The position numbers and the translations under genes were made by a program. Shown piece by piece: positions 56,420-64,000 of a stretch of DNA of 64,000 bases (position 1 is the first letter of the stretch; each line of letters opens with the position of its first letter). This DNA comes from the human T2T-CHM13v2.0 reference genome, Homo sapiens, in the NCBI RefSeq assembly GCF_009914755.1, contig NC_060928.1; one strand, written 5' to 3'. The notes under the pieces are model-generated. The model had not been told where the DNA came from and did not search any database. It saw only the letters and a program-made list of their open reading frames with translations.

Positions 56420-58560
56420 ATGACAGGATTGTGTAGATAAATATTTCATATAAATCCTACCCATAAATACTAGAAATTAATACATAAATTTTGTTTGTTC
56501 AAAAAATTTAAAAAATTAAATGAATTTAAATTTCCAGCAACAAATATTTAGAAAATAAGAGTACAACATTATTCAGAGTGGCATAAGAAATCAAACACCT
56601 ATCATGAAATATGAAATGCCTATGATCAGCAAACTACCAACTTCAAGAGGACAATCATAAGAGGAGTGATATACCATGCTCATAGTTTCAACGACTATAT
56701 TGTAAAAAAGCTAATTCTTCTTAAATTGTTTTATAGCAAAACAATTAAATTGATTCCAAATCAATTAAATTGTTCGAATTGATACAATTCATTCCAAATC
56801 TTAATTTGAATGCTTTTTGAGTGTGTGTGTATGTTTGTGCAAATTGATCATCAACTGTTATAAAATTTACATGGAAATGAAAAGGTCCCAGAATGGCCAA
56901 GATTACCTGGAAGAAGGATAATAATTTGGAGGATTTACATTTAATGTGAAGATCATAAACCTACAATGTGGTATTGGTGCAAGGTTAGCCAAGTAAACCA
57001 AAGGTACAAGTCTAAAAAACAGACCAACACACACATAGTCACTTGATTTTTAATGATGGTAGTGCTTCAGGGCAATGAAGAAAATGGTACTGGGTTATGG
57101 TACCATTTTCAGTAAATGGTACTGGGTTAATTGGATATTCATATGAAACAAAGTGAATCACAGCATACACAAACATTAGTTTGTAATCTAAATGTGAATT
57201 TTAATGCAATAATCTTTTAGAGGAAAGCTTAGGAAGAAATTTCACGAATTTGAATTTGAGATCGGCAAAGATTTCTCTAAAGCAACACCATGGAAAGATG
57301 GTTAAATTGGACCACAAAAAATTTAAACCTTCTGTTAATCAAAAGACACCACTAGGAAGTGAAAAGACAAAGTGGAGGCAATATTTACAACATTTACAAC
57401 GGACAGGAAACAGGTATCCAGAATCTGTAATGAACTTCTTACAAATGAATAAGAAAAGACAGGCCAATAAAAAAAATAGGCCGGGGAAATGAACAGGTAC
57501 TTCATAAGACGATATCCTAGTGGCAAATAAATAGATAAAAAAGGTAGATTAACCTCATTGGTAATCAGAAAAATCAAAACAACACACCTAAAGAATGATT
57601 AAAATTAAACAAAATTAGACTGACAATCTTAAGCATTGGCTTATTAGTCCATTCTCACACTGTTATAAAGAAATGCCTGAAACTGGGTAATTTATGAAGA
57701 AAAGAGGTTTAATTGGCTCACGGTTCCACGGGCTGTACAGAAAGCATGGCTGGGGAGGCCTCAGGAAACTTACAATCATGGCAGAAAGTGAAGCTGGCAC
57801 ATCTTACATGGCCCCAGCCAGAAGAAAGAGAGTGAAGGAGGAGGTGCTACACACTTTTAAACAACTAGATCTTGTGAGAACTCACTATCATGAGAACAGT
57901 GAGGGAAAAATCTGTCCCCATAATCCAGTCATCTCCCACTAGTTCCCTCCTCCAACATTAAGTTTCACAATTCAACATGAGATTTGGGTGGGGACCCAAA
58001 TCCAAACCATATCAATTGGCAATAATGTAAACTCATAGGATTGTACTTTAGTGAAATCACTTTTGAAGACTCTTTGGGCATTATTTACTAATGGTGAACA
58101 CATGTTTACCAATGACCCAGAAATCCTAGGTTTACAACGAGCAGAAATGGAACATATGTGCACCAAAATAAATACATTAAGATGTCCATAGCAGTATAAT
58201 TTTAATAGCCCAAAACTGGAAACAATTCAAATGTCTACCAAAGTAAAATGGGAAAATAAATATGCTACAGCAATGAAAAAAGATTAAACTACTGCTACTC
58301 AAAACAACACATTACCCTACAAACATAATCCTGAGTGGCAGAAGCCAGACATAAAATAATATATTCTGTATGATTTTATTTATACAGCTCAAAAAGAGGT
58401 AAGAATAAATCTCTGGTGTTGGAAATCAGGATAGCAATACACCTTGACGAGGAGGAAAGGGGGATTCTGGGATTTTGGAGTTGGTCTATTTCTTGATCCT
58501 GATGGTGGTTACATGGCTATTTACACTTTGTGATAATTCATTGAGCTGTATATTTATTTG
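56420..58560 (+). mobile_element. Old L1M (ME/MC-type) 3' portion interrupted by MSTA
   Basis: Diverged ORF2 3' and UTR motifs: taaaatttacatggaaatg, atagcccaaaactggaaacaa, agaagccagacataaa, gatggtggttacatgg. Confidence 0.7.
57641..58014 (-). mobile_element. MSTA MaLR solo LTR
   Basis: tattagtccattctcacactgttataaaga...catgagatttgggtggggacccaaatccaaaccatatca. attggc repeated on both flanks. Confidence 0.9.
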
Positions 58561-61245
58561 AAAATATTAACACTTATTTAAAAATATTTAAAAGTCTGAT
58601 TAATGGAATTGGATATGTATTTTTTAAATCTAAAATGTTAAAGGTCCAAAAATTAAATGGAGTGAATATTATAAAATGAATTTTAGGTTACACAAGCTTT
58701 TATTGACAATTATATAGATCTGAGCTCTGAGAACAAACTTCTTAATAAATTTACCAATGCAAATATATGGATGGGGCATGGAAATGATTACAATGACTAG
58801 AACAGTATAATATCTTTTGTGCAGAAGTAATAGGTGATTATAAGAAGATGTTATTATAAAAAAATAATTTATAGGCAAAAAACTAGGTGCTGGTGATGTT
58901 TCATTACATTTTAAATATCTCAGAAAATAAAAATTTTAAATTAGAATACCAGATAATTATAATTCAGGAACCTGATTTTATAGCATCTCTACAACTCTCT
59001 CTTCCTATATGAAAATTTATAATCTGGTTTAACTGAAGAATAAAACTATATAATGGCCAGCAATTTAAGACTCCTATTTGCATAGGGCGTTTTATCTGAA
59101 CAAAGATGACAAGACTATGTATGTAATTATTAGGATCTGGAGAGCATCCTAAGAATAAGGACAGACCCAACTCTGTTCCTGATATAGGGTCTGAGATGGC
59201 AGCAATGAAAACCTGCTCTGTTGCAGCTATCTTAAGTCTAGTTAAGCACAGAATAAAGGAGCCAGTCAATTCATTTGCATTTTATTGTCAAATGTCAATA
59301 TTTCTTTTATGTGTGACATAATTAAGAAGGGAGTGTGTATCTTCTATATGTTTTATTTACTGTGATTATACCTAATGCATTAGAGTAAGTGATCAATCAG
59401 ATGTATGACACCTATATCCACACTGTCTTAAAAGAATTAAAAGTCCATGTCAACATCAATAACTAGTATTGTGTTAATTAGATGAATGGGAGGTAGTGGA
59501 CTACAAGTCTGACACTTGGCCTGTAATCTTGACCATTGTCTAACTGTGTCCACAGGGACAGATCAATTGACATCTGTAAATCTAATTTTTCTCAGTATAA
59601 AACAAGGGTATTAGGCTCATTTAAAGAAATGTTTTCATCTGCTCTATAAAGCTATGTGACAGCTGATAATAGGTTTTTACTACCAAAAAGGAAAAAAATT
59701 ACATAGTCTGTCACTGCCTCACAGCTTTCTAGATCACTGTAAGAAAAATAGAAAGAACATTGAAATATTGGACCTGAAGTCAGGAAATAGAAAATGAATC
59801 TCAGTTCTATTCTTACTAGCTTTGAGATGATGAGAAAGTCACCACACTTCTTTAAGCTTTAATTTTGTTCTCTTTAAAACTTTTACCTCTAAAAGCACTC
59901 ACTTCAGAGCAGGATCCCAAAAATTGTTAACTCAATCTCAATACAACATATTTACAAGTGAAAAAATGTATTCTTTTGTATTTCCCCCCCTAGAAGGTTT
60001 TTGAGGAAATTTACATCATCCTTACCAGCTTTTCTACTCTTTACTAGCTTAATTTATCATTATGGATAAGAATTAGATTCTACCTCTCTTTGATTTAAGT
60101 CTCTAAATCTTCACATTTTCAAATTTGGTGAATATTTCTGGTATCTAACTTTTCCCCTCATGTTATAGCATATTCAGTGAGATGCATCATTTTAGGTTAC
60201 CCATTTTTCCCCTGTAGCAAACTCAGGACTACTATTGCATGCAATTTGTATAATATAAGCTTTGATACATGCAATGTTCATTTTTTTAAAAAATCTCTAA
60301 CTAAAAGCATGTTAAAGTAAATTAACTAGCAGAAACTTACTACAAATGTGCTGGAAGCCAGGATTGCAGCAAGGAAGTTGATGGAATTGTTCCTTTGGTT
60401 TAGGATATTGGCTGCTCTGCGGACAAATCACAATTTCTGTCTCTCATTTAAATTCTTGTGAGATAATCTGATTGGTGTCACTCAGCCAATAGACTGGATG
60501 CCCTTCAGTCAGAGTCCAACACTGGAATAAAAGCTGAGATCTGGGTGGTGGAGTAAGTGACAGAAATAAGGCTGTATGAGATGCCCAGGAATAGTTGGAT
60601 GGGACGGTACCTAGAAAAAGGGGCCATGAATAGGAGTATATTCTCTGAGGAAGGAGTTCAGCAAGTTATCATGTCTTTATGTGCCCACTGTCATGCAGTG
60701 CAACATGAAGTTGAAATGTGTTTATAGTTTACCCAAAGCTAAAAATACAAGGATGCTAAAAATGATAATTGTAGACTATTTGTGATGTCTGGATTGCAAA
60801 TTTCAACTCTGACTACATATGTTTTAGAGTTTAGATAGCAAATTATTTCTTACTGTAATGATTCTATGTTCTGCCATACATGTGCCATTAATGATTATAT
60901 CTTCCACATTTATTTCATTTCATCATGTAAGAAATTGGACACATATACATAAATTTCTAAGTTAAAATTTATCTGAGACTTTAAGGTCTTCTGTCTTTTT
61001 TCATAGGATTTATTAATTTTGAAGAAAGCATAAAGTACTTCAAATTTAAAAGGACATGGCTAAAAAACTAAATGAACTATATGTATCTGAATTATTTCTT
61101 AAACCAAAGGCCAATTTAAAGTGATAGTCTAAGTTGAATATATTACTTGCATTTATAATTTTACCAGTATTCATATATATGTGCATCTAGTATCTGTTTG
61201 ATTTTGAAATATAGGGAAATAAAATGAAATTGATTTTTTTAAGTG

Positions 61246-61782
61246 TGTAATAATATGCCACTCCAAAATAAGCCACTTTGGCGTGAGGATTATTTTGAGC
61301 TAAAGGCACCTAAAAAACAGCAAGTACAAGAAGGTCACTCTGACCTCCCCTTTTTTTTCCCTAAAAGCAGGAGACAGAACTCCCATATAGAAGATATTCT
61401 CATCATTCTAGAAAGAAAATAACATTCTCATTAGCAGAGATGGGGACTCAGAGTTGAGAAAAATCTGTACAAACAAACCTTGTTAAACTAACCCTTATCT
61501 TCCTAGTTCCCTTTTCACCATTAACTACCCTAGCCCAAGTCCTTCATCTTGTCACATTTTCGTAATTTACTACTCAGTGTCCAATTCAATATAGAAGCAT
61601 TCAACTCTAACTCCTTCTTTGGGTCTTTATTTCCACATGATGGCTTCCATGTCATGTAAAACTAAAATTTATACTCAGTAAATGTGTATACTTTTCTCCT
61701 GTTATCTATCTTATGTCAATTAATTCTCAGGCCCAGCTGAAAACCCTAAAAAGGTAGAGATAAAATTTTTGCCTTCACTAAA
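61246..61782 (+). mobile_element. MER34-family solo LTR
   Basis: aatatgccactccaaaataagccactttggcgtgaggattattttgagctaaaggcac ... ttctcctgttatctatcttatgtcaattaattctcagg. Confidence 0.75.
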
Positions 61783-61921
61783 CTGTTTTTCTAAGGATGG
61801 TTGTGTAAAAAAATTTTTTTAAAATTATATGTGTGTATGTATATATATATATGTATCTCCACAGTTTATCACCAAAATGTTGGCTTCCATTATCCAATTT
61901 AGACGTGACCTAAATAACTCC

Positions 61922-62002
61922 AATCAAAAGAGCAAAAAAAAAAAAACAAAAAAAAAAAACAAAAAAACCCCTTCTCAAAGAAAAAAAAAAACTAAAAAAA
62001 AA
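61922..62002. repeat. A-rich low-complexity tract
   Basis: Several A7-A14 runs with single-base interruptions. Confidence 0.9.
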
Positions 62003-63008
62003 CTTTTCTCATAGCTACCAGCTAACAATGATGGCAACATTTTGCCTCCTGTGTTGCCCTTTAAAAGGGCAATAGAAAAAGGCGTTAGAGTGAAGGAAGA
62101 AAGCTTGCTGCTGAAAGACAGGAATGCTGCTTACTGTAAGCCTGGACAGCCCTAGTTTTCTCCATTCCGGGTCATGCTCTGAAGTGGGGCTGATGGCGAA
62201 ATGTCACATCACCAGAGTACCCGCCTAGGGGAAGTACACCATGCTCATCACCCCATCAGAAACTTGGCCATTCCCCAAACTAGCATAATCTTAGTGAGGC
62301 ATTTCCTGGGCACAAAAGTGTCTCATCTGCCACACCAAATTTGCAGATGCAATTTTTCCCCGTGTTTCCCTTGAAAAGAGAGTAGTAGTTATGAAAGCCA
62401 CCAAGAAGCATAACATTCCAGGGAATATATATTTTTTCACTCAAGTGCTTTGAAAAAAGGTCTTAAGGTGGGTGAATTTAGGAAAAACTATTATATGTCA
62501 GAATAAATTATTACATGAATCAGAACTCAGAGCATAGTGTCCGAATTACTACTGTTAGGTATAATTGTTACAGATTCCAAGTTTAAAAATACATTCTAAT
62601 TTATTCCTTTAAAAAATTTTTTTTACATAATTCTTTGTGACTCTTTTTTGAGAAAAAAGAAAAGATCTTTTCTGCCTTTAGAGTAATACATAACAGAAAA
62701 CCTTTTGATAGTTTTGAGAAATGGTAAGCATAATATCCAAATTACAGCAGTTCTCATTATAATGGCACTGAATAATCACCTCATTAGTAGTGATTATCTT
62801 GATATTAACAGCAGTTCCCGACCTACAGATTTTTTTTGGCAAATGTTTAGTATGATTTGCAACAATGTGCAAACATTTTTTACTATATATTTTTTTACTT
62901 CTCAGTATTGAAGGAATTAGTTGGATGAAGATTTATGAGATATTGGATAATGTGAAATGTATTGACTGTCAGGAATCTTGTTTCAAGGAACTGCACTCCT
63001 TAGGAGTA

Positions 63009-63061
63009 TGTGTGTGTGAGTGTGTGTGTGTGTATGCGTGTTTGTGTGTGTGTGTGTGTGT
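63009..63061. repeat. Imperfect (TG)n microsatellite
   Basis: tgtgtgtgtgagtgtgtgtgtgtgtatgcgtgtttgtgtgtgtgtgtgtgt. Confidence 0.9.
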
Positions 63062-64000
63062 ATCTTTCTTCATCATTTATTTTCTTGCATTATTATATTC
63101 TGAATCAAATTGCATTCTGGAAATGAATACTAGCATTAGGAGAAGCATTGCATTTTGATGGTGAATGATTTTGCAGAAATTATACACGGTTGATGGTAAC
63201 TCTGTCAGTATTGTTGAAGTGTTTTCCTATATTTAAAATTTTAAGTTAGCAAATATTGAGAGTCAGAAATTCCTTATCCTCCCATTTTCCACTGTGTGTT
63301 TGTTTAAAACCCTCACTTCAATAATCCAAATTTCCCTTTGTTCATTGCCATGAAAGGAATAACTTGATGAACAAAATGAGCCAACATTTTGTCGACTAAA
63401 GACATTTTTCCCTTTTTGTGTGCCATCATTTTTCTTAATTTAAATAACAAAGCCATTTAACTGGATACTTTTTAAAATTGAGAGATAAAAAGCACTATTT
63501 ATTAGCTTTAAAAAGTATTGCTTAATTCTTTATCCTCGTCTAACAAAAGATGGCTCTTTTGCCTTGGTCAATATTTTAACACACTTCTTTATTATGTTAT
63601 TATTTGTGATCTGAATTAAGTAAGAAATTTGCAAGAAGAAAAAACCTCAGAGGTTAAAATATTTGATTGTTGCGTTTTGAACACATTTTAAACATGCTAG
63701 TTGTTAGAAGCAAAAATCAAGAATCAAACCTTTATTCTTTGAAAACTACTTAAAATAAAATGTTTTTATGAGTCAAATTAGTACTTTGGAAAGGACTCTG
63801 GAATGCTTACATCATACATAAACCACAGAGTCATCGCCACATTGGTTGAAATGAATACTTATTGTGTGGAAAGTGTTTTGGAACAAATGTGTTAGAAAAA
63901 TGCATTTCAGGGAGATAGCTGGCAAAGCAACTTAGTGTTATATAATCAGGACTTCTCCTTAAATGCTTTTTTATTCTACCTATTCTATTATATAAAATCT

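Noticed and set aside
61829-62014. Lysine-rich 61-aa ORF
   Set aside because: Artefact of a TA microsatellite and poly(A) runs.

Overview
Hominid (most likely human) genomic DNA, judged from SVA, AluY and LTR12 content. It holds the 5' end of CAMK2D (Ca2+/calmodulin-dependent protein kinase II delta) on the minus strand: coding exon 1 at 13735-13799, exon 2 at 12051-12145, intron 1, and 12 kb of intron 2 running off the left edge. A CpG-island promoter spans about 13.6-15.55 kb. The remaining 48 kb is repeat-rich upstream DNA with no other credible protein-coding gene. It includes about 15 Alus, an LTR12 solo LTR inside an AluY, a TSD-bounded near-full-length L1MA carrying nested Alus and an old-type SVA, and assorted MER/MLT/MST, L2 and MIR elements. 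I found no novel multi-gene system. The best second-look signals are: (1) a twin splice donor in the CAMK2D leader that would rebuild the GKGAF kinase loop in frame; (2) a compact BANP/CRE/E-box module at the far edge of the island; (3) an antisense Alu with both exonisation hallmarks; (4) a templated local insertion inside MER21; and (5) two candidate distal enhancers. Repeat subfamily names are from recall of consensus sequences, and the ends of old repeats are approximate.
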